A stretch of DNA of 64,000 bases from Acidobacteriota bacterium (lineage in GTDB: Bacteria; Acidobacteriota; UBA890; WLXD01): assembly GCA_963666215.2 (NCBI GenBank), contig CAXWPL010000005.1, positions 416,001 through 480,000 on the forward strand. Direction: 5' to 3'. A program made the translations under genes and the position numbers. Positions 20,344 to 30,029 of this stretch are shown piece by piece; position 1 is the stretch's first letter, and the number at the start of each line of letters is the position of its first letter. The notes under the pieces are model-generated. The model made no database searches, was not told the DNA's origin, and was given only the letters and a program-made list of their open reading frames with translations.

Positions 20344-21752
20344 GGGGATGTCACAGGCTCCGTTGAAAAAGGGTGACGGTGATCCGACCTCGATAGTGTG
20401 TCGGGGTCAATCCACTGGCATGGAGGATCACCGTCATGAGCAAGAGTCGCAGAACAGAGACAAGTAGGAAAGCGGAGCGCCAAGAGAACCCGCTCCTGGA
20501 GGCAGTGGTAGCGGCGCGATCGGATCTACGAGCGCTGGTCATGGACGCGGGCTTCGGGGTGTTGGGTTCGCTGCTGGAAGAAGACCGGGCGGAGCTCTGC
20601 GGAGAGCGCTACGCGCGGTCACAGCAGCGGCGGGCGTACCGACACGGCTACGACGAGGGCTCGCTGGTGATGGGCGGCCGGCGGGTCAAGGTACGCAAGC
20701 CGCGGGCTCGGAGCGTCGATGGCCAAGAGCTGCCGCTGCCGCACTGGGAGAGGTTCAAGGCAACAGATCCGCTCGAAGAGCGCGCCGTAGAGCAGATCCT
20801 GTGCGGCGTCACGACGCGCAAGTACGAGCGCTCGTTAGAGCGGCTCGACGACGGGCGAGCTTCGTCGGGAACGAGTCGCTCGAGTGTGTCGCGGCGGTTC
20901 GTAGCGCGTACAGCCAAGCAGGTGCAGCAGTACCTGGCCCAACCGCTCAATGAAGTGGACCTGCCGGTGCTGGTGATCGACGGCACGCACATGGGCAAGC
21001 ACTTGTTGGTGATCGCCATGGGCATCGACGCGGACGGCGTCAAGCATGTGCTGGGTGTCGTAGAGGGCACCACGGAGAGCTCCCACGTGTGCCGGTCGCT
21101 GCTGCGGCAGTTGATCGAGCGCGGCATGCCCGTCGAACGGGCGCGGTTGGTGGTAATCGATGGCTCCAAGGGCCTCCGTAAAGCAGTGCGCGACACGTTC
21201 GGCGAGTGGGCCCTGATCCAGCGCTGCCGTGTCCACAAGATCAAGAATGTATTGGAGCATCTGCCAGGGCATATCCGGCCCTGGTTCGCAGCCAAGATCC
21301 GCAAGGCGTGGAAGGCGGAGACGGCCACGGCAGCGACCAAGCAGCTCGACGCCGTGGTCAAGGAGCTGGAGACCGATCACCCCGGTGCAGCGGCCTCGCT
21401 CAGAGAAGGAATGCAAGAGACGCTCACCGTCACTCGGCTCCGAGTTCAGGGGCCGCTGCTTCGGACGTTACGTTCAACGAATACGATCGAGAACCTGAAC
21501 GGGACGATCAAACACGTCAGCCGCAACGTAAAGCGGTGGCGCTCCGGGAGCATGATCGTTCGATGGGCGGTTACTGCACTCATCGAGGCCGAGAGCAAGT
21601 TCCGGAGGGTTCGTGGCTACCGCGACATCGCCAAGCTCGATGCCGCACTCAACACCGCCGTCGACGTTCCCCTTGAGCAGGAGCGCCGTACTGCGTAACA
21701 ATCCCCAACCACTTCACCGTCGCCTTAGTTCAACGGACGGTGGGACATCCCC
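20344..21752 (+). mobile_element. IS256-family element, copy 1
   Basis: TIRs GGGGATGTC...CCGTTGAA / TTCAACGG...GACATCCCC; inserted into a tRNA-Met-like att core; target duplication imperfect (GTTATGCG / GTTATGAG). Confidence 0.92.
20436..21698 (+). CDS. IS256 (Mutator) transposase
   Basis: GVTTRKY, VIDG, IDGSKGL, QRCRVHK, RSTNTIENLN. Confidence 0.95.
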   Translation: MSKSRRTETSRKAERQENPLLEAVVAARSDLRALVMDAGFGVLGSLLEEDRAELCGERYARSQQRRAYRHGYDEGSLVMGGRRVKVRKPRARSVDGQELPLPHWERFKATDPLEERAVEQILCGVTTRKYERSLERLDDGRASSGTSRSSVSRRFVARTAKQVQQYLAQPLNEVDLPVLVIDGTHMGKHLLVIAMGIDADGVKHVLGVVEGTTESSHVCRSLLRQLIERGMPVERARLVVIDGSKGLRKAVRDTFGEWALIQRCRVHKIKNVLEHLPGHIRPWFAAKIRKAWKAETATAATKQLDAVVKELETDHPGAAASLREGMQETLTVTRLRVQGPLLRTLRSTNTIENLNGTIKHVSRNVKRWRSGSMIVRWAVTALIEAESKFRRVRGYRDIAKLDAALNTAVDVPLEQERRTA

Positions 21753-21866
21753 GGGTTATGAGCCCGTGGGAGAGTGCCTGTAACCCACTAAAACAGCAGC
21801 AGTTACCCATTTACCCCTAGATCCCGCTGCCGGCGTTAGGGGTGTAACGCGAGCCATACGCGAGCG
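21753..21866 (-). repeat. att site 1: tRNA-fMet anticodon-arm core plus IHF-like motif and arm repeats
   Basis: GGGTTATGAGCCCG (reverse complement of the tRNA-Met anticodon arm); GTAACCC at 21780; ACGCGAGC x2 at 21847 and 21858. Confidence 0.65.
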
Positions 21867-21871
21867 GATGC

Positions 21872-22330
21872 TCATTTCTTGGGCTGCTTGATGTGGTGCC
21901 GAGCGCTGCCAACCTGGAACCGGGCGCGGCGCTTCTTGCCCGTGTCGTTGGCAAAGACCCGGTACATCACCTCGCTGTCGCCGCTGCCCTTCTTGGGCGC
22001 AGCAACTTCACCCATGAGGTGTCGCCGGGTCCAGGTACCCTGGCCTTCCAGGCGCAGCCGTCCGGAGCCATCACCATCGCCTCGAACTTGCCTCCGGCCT
22101 TGTCGGTCTTCTGGGCCCCAGGCGCCAGCGCAAACGTGCAGGGGCTAAACACGTACGCCGAGCCGGAGTTGGAACCACCGTCATCGTTGCCAAGGGCCCC
22201 CACCGCAGCCATGTCGCCAGAAATCGACACCGAGGAGCCGAGGGCGTCGCCGCCCGCCGCGTCCGAGGCCGTGAGCTTTTCCACCTCACCCCAGTTGTCC
22301 GCTCCACCCTCATTGCGGTCGAACACAAAC
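21872..22330 (-). pseudogene. C-terminal fragment of FG-GAP repeat protein with BACON-like tail (frameshifted)
   Basis: KLTASDAAGGDALGSSVSISGDMAAVGA..SGSAYVF (FG-GAP), then CAW..W..GSGD..V.Y.V..N (BACON-like); frameshift near 21995; no 5' end. Confidence 0.7.
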
Positions 22331-22419
22331 CGGCAGCATCGGCTTGCGTGAAGATCTCGCTTGCTAGCGAAGACGGCTCACGGAGCGACCCCATCTGGTA
22401 TTTCTCCTACGGATGGGAC

Positions 22420-22660
22420 AAGAACCCCCGGCAGCGCGGTGTCCGTTGCACGATTACACTGAAATGCCCGGATGGCGGGCTCGACGCTGAGGTTTACGTC
22501 GTCCGGAAGCCGCGAAGGTCTAAGGTCTATAGAGCACCGTCCTAGAGATATCTCCGCCATGTCATCGAGGGCTTGCGTTCGCCCGGTTATTCCGAGTCGG
22601 TGATCGACGAGGTGCGAGCGGTTGAGGCAAGCGAGCCCGTTGGCTAGCTTCGCGCGCCAT
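22420..22660 (+). pseudogene. Gamma-glutamylcyclotransferase-like remnant
   Basis: AEVYVV...APS*RYLRHVIEGL resembles the GGCT C-terminal PSxxYLxxI motif; in-frame TAG at 22543-22545. Confidence 0.4.
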
Positions 22661-22676
22661 CCAGAGGATCATCGCA

Positions 22677-23678
22677 GTGGATGTACGAGACGGCTTCGCC
22701 GCTACGGTGGGAAACACGCCACTCATCAAGCTCCGCATGGCGTCGGAGTTGACGGGCTGCGAGATCTACGGCAAGGCCGAGTTCCTGAATCCGGGAGGCT
22801 CGGTGAAGGACCGTGCGGCCCTCTACATGGTGCTGGACGCCGAGGAGGAAGGAAGGCTCGAGCCTGGCGGCGTCATCGTCGAGGGCACGGCGGGCAACAC
22901 CGGGATCGGCCTGGCGCTGGTCGGAAACGCGCGCGGCTACCGGACCGTGATCACGATGCCCGAGACCCAGAGCCAGGAAAAGAAGGACATGCTGCTGCTG
23001 TGCGGCGTCGAGCTGCGCTGCGTGCCCGCGGTCCCGTTCAAGAATCCCGATCACTACGTCCACCAAGCGGAGCGACTCGCCAAGAACCTCGCCGGCGCCG
23101 AGCCGCACGGCGTCCTGTATGCCAACCAGTGGGACAACCTGTCGAACCGCAACGGGCACGCCCGCACCACGGGCCCCGAGATCTGGAGGCAGACCGACGG
23201 CAAGGTCGACGGCTTCACCTGCGCGATCGGCACCGGCGGGACTCTCGCAGGTGTCGGGATCTTCCTCAAGGAGCAGAATCCCGACATCAAGATCGTCGCC
23301 GCCGACCCGATGGGTGCGAGCATGTACCACTGGATCAAGCACGGAGAGCTCAAGAGCGAGGGATCCTCGATCACGGAGGGAATCGGGCAGGGGCGCGTCA
23401 CCGGCAACATCGAAGGCGCTCCCATCGACGACGCCGTCCAGATCCCGGACGAGGAGATGCTGCCGATCGTCTTCGACCTGCTGAAGCACGAGGGCCTCTG
23501 CCTGGGTGGCTCGAGCGGCATCAACGTGGCCGGCGCCATCCGGCTCGCGAAGCAGCTGGGCCCCGGCCACACGATCGTGACCGTGCTGTGCGACTACGGG
23601 ACCCGCTACCAGTCGAAGCTCTTCAACCCCACGTTCCTGAAGGAAAAGGGCCTGCCGGTTCCGAGCTGGCTCGATTGA
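22677..23678 (+). CDS. cysK: Cysteine synthase (O-acetylserine sulfhydrylase)
   Basis: VGNTPLI, KAEFLNPGGSVKDR (PLP Lys), EGTAGNTG, GTGGT, TEGIG, GGSSG. Confidence 0.92.
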   Translation: MDVRDGFAATVGNTPLIKLRMASELTGCEIYGKAEFLNPGGSVKDRAALYMVLDAEEEGRLEPGGVIVEGTAGNTGIGLALVGNARGYRTVITMPETQSQEKKDMLLLCGVELRCVPAVPFKNPDHYVHQAERLAKNLAGAEPHGVLYANQWDNLSNRNGHARTTGPEIWRQTDGKVDGFTCAIGTGGTLAGVGIFLKEQNPDIKIVAADPMGASMYHWIKHGELKSEGSSITEGIGQGRVTGNIEGAPIDDAVQIPDEEMLPIVFDLLKHEGLCLGGSSGINVAGAIRLAKQLGPGHTIVTVLCDYGTRYQSKLFNPTFLKEKGLPVPSWLD

Positions 23679-23894
23679 CGCATTGGAACGTCGGCTGACC
23701 TTTGGTCACACAGCAGCCGCCGAGCATCGCAAGCATGCCGCCCGCAGGAGTCCATGTAATGAGTGGCGAAAGAAACTCGTTGGCTCGCGCACAAGTGCAC
23801 AGACGGCCAACATGTACAGCCCCGTGCTCGGCGAGGACTAGCGTCGCATCACCAACGAAGGCGACAGCGAGAGGGCCGCTGACGCCGATGGCAG

Positions 23895-24029
23895 CGCAAG
23901 CGACGCAAGCAGACGAATAACCAGCAAAACGAAAGCTGCCGACCTCGTAGGCGTAAAGCCTTCAAGATCAGCGGCTTACGGAGTGGCGGGGGCCAGATTC
24001 GAACTGGCGACCTTCGGGTTATGAGCCCG
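23895..24029 (-). repeat. att site 2: tRNA-fMet 3' half (23984-24029) plus terminator hairpin and arm repeats
   Basis: Minus strand CGGGCTCATAACCCGAAGGTCGCCAGTTCGAATCTGGCCCCCGCCA (CAT anticodon, T arm; no 5' half); hairpin then TTTCGTTTT; CGCAAGC x2 at 23895 and 23904. Confidence 0.85.
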
Positions 24030-24602
24030 TGATCGAGAGATCCCGTCCATACCCATTGCCCGCACCAGCTTATCGACCTTTCGGGTCGACACACCCAGTA
24101 CGTACGCCTCAGCTACGGCTGAGACCACCGCGTGCTCGGCACGGCGTCGCGGCTCGATCAGGAAGTCCGGGAAGTACGCCCCTTCCCCGCACCTTCGGGA
24201 TCGCCAGTTGGATGGTCCCGGCCCGCGTGTCCCAGGGCCGCGTGCGGTAACCGTTGCGGCTGTTGGTGCGCTCGGTCGTCCGGGTCCCGTACGCGGCACC
24301 GCAGTGAGCATCGACGTCCTCGCTCATCAGCACCTGGGCGAACGCCTCCACCATTTCACGTAGTTGATCGCCGTCATGTTCGGCGAGTCCCTTGCCAACC
24401 CACTGTGCGGCGGGCATCTTGGTATCGGTCACTGGTTGTTCTCCTTGGTAGGAAGTTCTTCTGTGCAAACCAAGGATCGATCAGTGACCACCTTTTCTTC
24501 AAGGGTGCCGCTCGCCGTGGAAACTGTGCAAAACGCTCCGCGTTTCACACAAGTTCCCACCGCCCTGCTGCTACTGCTTCATACACCACGTCCCGGGACT
24601 CT
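24030..24602 (-). mobile_element. Truncated IS256-family (IS1081-like) element, distinct from copies 1 and 2
   Basis: RNGYRTRPWDTRAGTIQLAIPKVR/EGAYFP..EAYVLGVSTRKV; frameshift near 24185; cut exactly at the tRNA-Met core; left end GAGTCCCGGGACGTGGTGTA. Confidence 0.85.
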
Positions 24603-24617
24603 ACTGCGCTCCTCCTA

Positions 24618-26132
24618 TCAAGTTCCGCAGAAGGTCCGATAACGTCCGAAGCTGGCTGGCGCCGGCGCTGCGTAGGCTTCCAGCCCCTCCTTCTCGTCGA
24701 AGGGATTCTCGAGAACCTCGAGTAGATTCTCGAAGGGCAAGAGGTCCTGAGATTCGGCTGCGGCGGTCAAGGCCTCCTCGACCTTGTGGTTGCGCGGGAT
24801 GTAGATCGGGTTCACCCGGTCCATTTCGGCATGGGTTTCCGCACGAGCTTGGGCACGAGCTTCGCCGCTCACGCTCTCACTGCACATCCTCGTCCGCCAA
24901 CGAGCCGCCCAAAGATCGTAGGCGGAAGCATCGTCTAGAAGTGCCCGTAGCGGGGCATCGTTGCCTCGGACCGCGTCTGACAGACGCCGGAAGGCAAGCG
25001 TGTAGTCGGCGTTTTGGCCTTCCAGCGCGGCAAGGAAACCGTTCGCCAGCTCGAGATCGTCATCCTCCGAACCCGAGAGTCCCAGCTTGGTCCGCATTCC
25101 GTCGAGCCAGTACGCGGCATATTGATCGAGGAAGCCGTTGACGGCCTCGCTGGCGAGCTCGAGTGCCCGATCGGTGTCGGCATCGATCAGTGGGAGGAGC
25201 GTCTCGGCGAGCCTGGCGAGGTTCCAGCCCGCGATCAATGGCTGCTGGCTGTAGGCATAGCGGCCTTGCGCGTCGATCGAACTGAAGACCGCGTTCGGAT
25301 CGTACGTATCGACGAACGCGCACGGCCCGTAGTCGATCGTCTCTCCCGAGATCGTCATGTTGTCGGTGTTCATGACGCCGTGGACGAAGCCAACGTGCAT
25401 CCAGCGCGCGATCAGTTGAGCCTGGGCGTCGCACACTGCCACCAGGAATCCGAGGTACAGGCTATCGGATCCATCGGGTCTATCGGATCCGCGAAGCTCT
25501 GGATAGTGGCGCGCGATGCTGTAGTCGGCGAGCTGCCGTACCTTTCCGACCTCGCCGCGCGCGGCGAAGAACTGGAAGGTACCGATTCGGATGTGGCTGG
25601 CCGCGACGCGCGTCAGCACAGCTCCCGGGAGCTCCTTTTCTCGAGCGATCCGCTCCCCGGTCGTCACGGCGGCGAGCGCTCGGGTGGTAGGGATCCGTAG
25701 GGCGTGCATCGCTTCACTGACCAGGTACTCTCGCAACACCGGACCGATTGTGGCCTTGCCATCTCCTCCACGCGAGAATGCGGTGCGACCTGAGCCCTTG
25801 AGCTGGATATCGCGACGCCTGCCGCTACGGTCAACCACTTCGCCCAGAAGCAGCGCGCGACCATCGCCGAGCCGCGGCACAAAACCGCCAAATTGGTGCC
25901 CGGCATATGCCTGGGCCAACGGGCTGGCGCTTTCGGGCGTTTCGTTGCCCGCGAAGACCGCGGCACCATGGTCGGAAGTGAGCACGTCCGGATCGAGGCC
26001 GAGCTCTAGAGCAAGAGGGCGGTTCAGCTTCATGAGGCGCGGATGCGGCACCTCGGCCGCCTCCGAAGGCACATAGAAACCGGGAAGCTCACGCGCGTAC
26101 GTGTTGTCGAAGTCGAACCCGGCGGTCGGCAT
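24618..26132 (-). CDS. selO: Protein adenylyltransferase SelO/YdiU
   Basis: [48 protein letters not shown]-terminal TFCGT. Confidence 0.95.
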   Translation of the reverse strand: MPTAGFDFDNTYARELPGFYVPSEAAEVPHPRLMKLNRPLALELGLDPDVLTSDHGAAVFAGNETPESASPLAQAYAGHQFGGFVPRLGDGRALLLGEVVDRSGRRRDIQLKGSGRTAFSRGGDGKATIGPVLREYLVSEAMHALRIPTTRALAAVTTGERIAREKELPGAVLTRVAASHIRIGTFQFFAARGEVGKVRQLADYSIARHYPELRGSDRPDGSDSLYLGFLVAVCDAQAQLIARWMHVGFVHGVMNTDNMTISGETIDYGPCAFVDTYDPNAVFSSIDAQGRYAYSQQPLIAGWNLARLAETLLPLIDADTDRALELASEAVNGFLDQYAAYWLDGMRTKLGLSGSEDDDLELANGFLAALEGQNADYTLAFRRLSDAVRGNDAPLRALLDDASAYDLWAARWRTRMCSESVSGEARAQARAETHAEMDRVNPIYIPRNHKVEEALTAAAESQDLLPFENLLEVLENPFDEKEGLEAYAAPAPASFGRYRTFCGT

Positions 26133-26314
26133 CTGACGCTCCTCGATTTCGGCACTGCGAACGGCATGGTGAAGTCGGCCACGAGCGGGCGTATCTCGAA
26201 TCTCGAGATCCGGGTAGATCGCCCTGAGTTGTTCGGCGGTCAGCGGTCCCTAGCTGTCCACCGCGGCTCGCTTGAGGACTGCATTGCGGGGAGGGCGACG
26301 ACAATACCGCCGAT

Positions 26315-26467
26315 GTAGCTCGGGCGGACGCACCCTCTCCGTAGCGATGCCCTGCGCAACAAAGAACCGCCGTGGGCGAAGGTCGGTTGTTGACCTGATC
26401 AGCTCGGCTCCGCCCACGGCCAGCCAATCGCCTAGGAGAGGGTGGCGTCCGCCCGAGCGGCCCCACT
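26315..26467. repeat. REPIN/MITE-like long hairpin element, copy 1
   Basis: GTAG then GCTCGGGCGGACGCACCCTCTCC ... GGAGAGGGTGGCGTCCGCCCGAGC inverted repeat; homologous to 41411-41570. Confidence 0.75.
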
Positions 26468-26495
26468 CAGAGAATTCGAGTACCGAGGAGACCAG

Positions 26496-26733
26496 AGACG
26501 GCAACCAGACGGCAACGGGTGAATAGCGAGCAAAACGAAAGCCGCCGACCTCGTAGGCATAAACCCTTCAAGATCAGCGGCTTACGGAGTAGCGGGGGCC
26601 AGATTCGAACTGGCGACCTTCGGGTTATGAGTTCAACGAGGGGCACCCGTAACCCGTTGAGCCCGCGTTCCTTATACGAAGCGCGGTGCTTTGCAGAGCT
26701 AAACGACCGCAGAATGGTACCCATGTGGTACCC
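26496..26733 (-). repeat. att site 3: tRNA-fMet 3' half (26590-26631) with arms on both sides
   Basis: 26521-26631 is a close copy of 23915-24025; AGACGGCAAC x2 (26496, 26507); GTAACCCGTTGA IHF-like site at 26649; TGGTACCC x2 (26715, 26726). Confidence 0.85.
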
Positions 26734-27019
26734 GATTCTCCGCATCCTTGGCATTGTTTATGCTGCTTGTCTGAACGGCGTCGCATCGCCGGACGGGTGC
26801 TTGTGGAACATTTTGTCACCCGCCGTGAGAACCCCTGTTAGCACAAGTACTTGCACCGCGTGGTGACAGGAGTTGCACCCTATGCGCACCCGCTTGTAAC
26901 CATCCCGGGTGCGGATCCTACGCAGCGCGGGCGACCGCCCACACCAACACGTATCGAGTCGCGCGCAGATCCTTCCGGTGCCCCATCGATGTCGCCCGCG
27001 GCGTCTGGATGGCTTCGAA

Positions 27020-27590
27020 CTATTCGTCCGGCTTGAGCATGAAGACTGGATGTAGTGGCAACTCGGCCTTATCTTCGTCCTCAAGCCGTTCGTAGAATTC
27101 CTGCCACAGGGTCAGAAGACGAGATAGGTCGATCAGCTCGACGTGCACCTGCGACTCTCGCGCGCTGACCTTGGCGTCCGGGGTGAAGCCCCCAGTCGAG
27201 ACGAAGATCCCAACGTCTCCGCCCTTTTGCAGAATCCCATTAGCTCCCGGAGGTCCTTCACGGGCGCCTTGGTGTCGGGCCGATGTTTGACCTGTACCTT
27301 GATGCGCGGCGTCTCCGTGCCAAGGGGATCGCGATAGGCGACGATATCGATTCCGCCGTCCTTGCCTCGCGGCGCGACGAAGAGCCTGAAGTACCCCATC
27401 CCACGAAGCAACGCGGCCACTAGATCCTGGAACTCGTATGGGTTCTTCCGGAGAACGTGGCGCGTCAGGCTCGCGAGTGCCATCTCTTCGACTCGTTCCA
27501 AGGTGATCAGCTCATCGCGATCGGGATCTCTTTCCGCGTCGAGGTCGTCCGCATCGACTTCTGGCTTCGGAATAGATGTGCTTTCGGCCT
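27020..27590 (-). pseudogene. mrr: Mrr-type restriction endonuclease, 5'-truncated and frameshifted
   Basis: PYEFQDLVAALLRGMGY, DGGIDIVAY.DPLG, VQVKHR, then GIFVSTGGFT, ELIDL in another frame (shift near 27235). Confidence 0.8.
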
Positions 27591-27773
27591 GCCAAGGTAC
27601 AGGAATCAATGTGCGACAGACTGATTGGCTCGCACGGCCTCGCATGCGAGGGCGAGCTCGACGCGATCCTCGGCTGGCAAGCAGGGTTACGGACTGTCAC
27701 CAGTGGTGGCGCGGGCACCCTCCGCCCATACAGCGAGAACCTGACGGCCGCCGGGGGTGCGGACGATCCGTTT

Positions 27774-29141
27774 TCACCCCCGCTCCTCGGCGGGCTCTTC
27801 GGCGCCCGTGTCGGGCATGACCTTCACTCGCAAGATCTGAATGCGTATGTTGTCGACCTCGACGACCTTCAGGTCGAGGGAACCAACACGAGCGCAATCG
27901 CCGACGCGCGGTTGGCGCCCAATCTCAGAGAGCGCGATGCCGGCGATGGTGTCCTCGTCACGGTTGTCGATCTCGATGCCCAGCTCATCCTCGAGGTCGG
28001 CGAGCAGCATCGATCCTCGAACGTGATAGACGTTGTCACCCTGCTCGATCAAGTTGGGCGCCTCGGCGTCGAACTCGTCCTGGATCTGGCCGACGATCTC
28101 CTCAATCACGTTCTCGAGTGTTACCAGCCCGCTGACACTGCCATACTCGTCGATCACTGCCGCCATGTGCACCTTGTTGTTGAGCATGCGCCACAGCAGA
28201 TGCTCGAGCGACAGCGTTTCGGGCACGAACTCCAGTTTGCGCGCGACCTGGCGCAGATCCTCCGGCGTCTCATTCGCCCGGAAGACGTCCTTGATGTGAA
28301 TGAGGCCGAGGACATGATCCAGATCGTGGTCACAGAGCGGAAAGCGGGTGTGGCCGCTCTGCCGGGCAATCTCGAGGTTGTCTTCGACCGCTTGTGTGAC
28401 GTCCAGATGGACGACCTCGGCGCGCGGCACCATCACCTGGCGCGCGACTCGAGCTGAAAGCTCGAAGATGTTGTCGAGCAGCTTGCGCTTGCTTTCCGGG
28501 AGATCGCTGTCGGTGCTCGAGGCAACCAGACGCCGGATCTCGTCCGCATCGTGCGCCAGGTCTCCCTCTTCCAGCGGCTCGACGCCGACCGCCCGCAGGA
28601 TGGCATTGGCCATGTGGTTGAGGAGCCAGATCGCGGGATAGCTGATCGTGTAGAAGGCGTATAGCGGCAGCGCCACCCACAGGGTGGTGACCACCGGCCG
28701 CCGGATGGCGAGCGACTTCGGCGCCAGCTCGCCCAGAACGATGTGGAGTGTGGTGATGGTCAGGAAAGCAACCGCCAGGCTCACCGTGTGTCGCATGGTT
28801 TCGGTGATTCCTGGTAACAGCCGGAAGATCGGCTCGAGCAGGTGAGCGAACGCCGGTTCTCCGATCCAGCCGAGGCCCAGGCTGGCTACCGTGATGCCCA
28901 GTTGGGTGGCCGAGAGATAGGCGTCGAGGTGGCTGATCATGTGCCGAGCCACCTTGCCCGTCCTCTTGGAGACGTGCGGATCGATCTGCGTCGGCCGCAC
29001 CTTGACCAGGGCGAACTCGGCGGCGACGAAGAAGCCGTTGATGATGACCAGCACGACGGCGATCAGGATCCCCGTGAGAGGCGGCAGATCGAGAGTCCCG
29101 TTGGGCGGGGCCCCCTGAGCGAGCAACACGAGTGGGCTCAC
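27774..29141 (-). CDS. Hemolysin family / CNNM (DUF21-CBS-CorC) transporter
   Basis: NGFFVAAEFALV, SATQLGIT, GELAPKS, HTRFP, DEYG, EEIVGQIQDEFD. Confidence 0.92.
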   Translation of the reverse strand: MSPLVLLAQGAPPNGTLDLPPLTGILIAVVLVIINGFFVAAEFALVKVRPTQIDPHVSKRTGKVARHMISHLDAYLSATQLGITVASLGLGWIGEPAFAHLLEPIFRLLPGITETMRHTVSLAVAFLTITTLHIVLGELAPKSLAIRRPVVTTLWVALPLYAFYTISYPAIWLLNHMANAILRAVGVEPLEEGDLAHDADEIRRLVASSTDSDLPESKRKLLDNIFELSARVARQVMVPRAEVVHLDVTQAVEDNLEIARQSGHTRFPLCDHDLDHVLGLIHIKDVFRANETPEDLRQVARKLEFVPETLSLEHLLWRMLNNKVHMAAVIDEYGSVSGLVTLENVIEEIVGQIQDEFDAEAPNLIEQGDNVYHVRGSMLLADLEDELGIEIDNRDEDTIAGIALSEIGRQPRVGDCARVGSLDLKVVEVDNIRIQILRVKVMPDTGAEEPAEERG

Positions 29142-29375
29142 TGCCACCGAGGGGCCTGGGCGGCGCGGTGCTGCCGCGAGCCGGCGCTGGAGAAGGAGTT
29201 TCGAGATCGAGGCGGCGGGCGCCGAAATGCGCAAGGAGCCCGCTGCGCGTCTCCGGTCTCTGGTTGGCCCGCCGATTGAGGCGAATCGTCGTCGTTCACC
29301 ACAAGCAGACTGTAGCACTCCCGCGCCAATGAACGGCTAGCACGATCCTTCGCGAAACCTTCGAGGTTGATCTAG

Positions 29376-29542
29376 CAGGCTGCTGAAAAACTCCAGGTGT
29401 TCATGTAGCTTAACCTATGCAGCCCCGTGCCAACCGGAAGCATCGACGAGGTGAGCAGATGCGTGGTGAAGACGCGGGTCAAGTGGCAGCGTTCAGCTAT
29501 ATCTCGCCCGAGCAGAGGGTACCGAAGGACCATCCGCTGTAA
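29376..29542 (+). mobile_element. IS5-family remnant (left end plus first 27 codons of transposase)
   Basis: CTAG|CAGGCTGCTGAAAAACTCC end; MRGEDAGQVAAFSYISPEQRVPKDHPL* at 29459-29542. Confidence 0.75.
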
Positions 29543-29600
29543 ACGTAGAGTTCTCGTCGAGAGAGACTAGACGACCCGACCCCATAGAAGAGCGGACCCC

Positions 29601-29860
29601 TTGGTAGCGATCTCCCAGCAGTGCAGCGCCACTTCAAAGCGCTCCGGTAACCAGTGCCGTCGACGCGCCATCATCGGTGGCAGGGTCTGCCATATGCACG
29701 GAGGCGCCGCTCCCCAGGTCAAAGCGGCTGCCCGCGCACGACTCGCCGAACTCGTGCCGCCAGCGCTCGGAGTCATCGAGCAGATTCTCACCCGTCCCGA
29801 CGAGGATTCACGTCTCCAGCTCGCCGCAGCCAAAGACGTCCTGAAACTACCCACGAGCAC
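29601..29860 (+). CDS. HGGxSTG-domain protein (Zn-knuckle, small-terminase-like); boundaries uncertain
   Basis: QCSATSKRSGNQCRRRAIIGGRVCHMHGGAAPQVK...RLQLAAAKDVL; similarity fades after ~29855 although the ORF runs to 30122. Confidence 0.7.
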
Positions 29861-30029
29861 ATCGCCCTCTCCCGCGAGGAACCCAAAGGAACCGCGGCGC
29901 CGCGCCAATGCTCGAAGGGGGGGGTGGGGGTCGAAGGAGTCCCAAGCGCTATCCCTATTGGAGTACCAACCAGCACCGTGGCCCCCGTCAGCACTTTTCG
30001 CCGGGCAGCGGGGAGCCCCCTCGCGGGGG

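Noticed and set aside
23984-24029. Functional tRNA-Met genes here and at 26590-26631
   Set aside because: Only the anticodon arm, T arm and 3' acceptor strand are present; the D arm and 5' strand are missing, so they were treated as att remnants
24618-24640. Selenocysteine recoding in selO
   Set aside because: The gene ends CGT followed by TGA then TAG, with Cys already present; no evidence of Sec read-through
27020-27590. Active anti-phage defence system
   Set aside because: The mrr gene lacks its N-terminus, is frameshifted, and has no partner genes nearby
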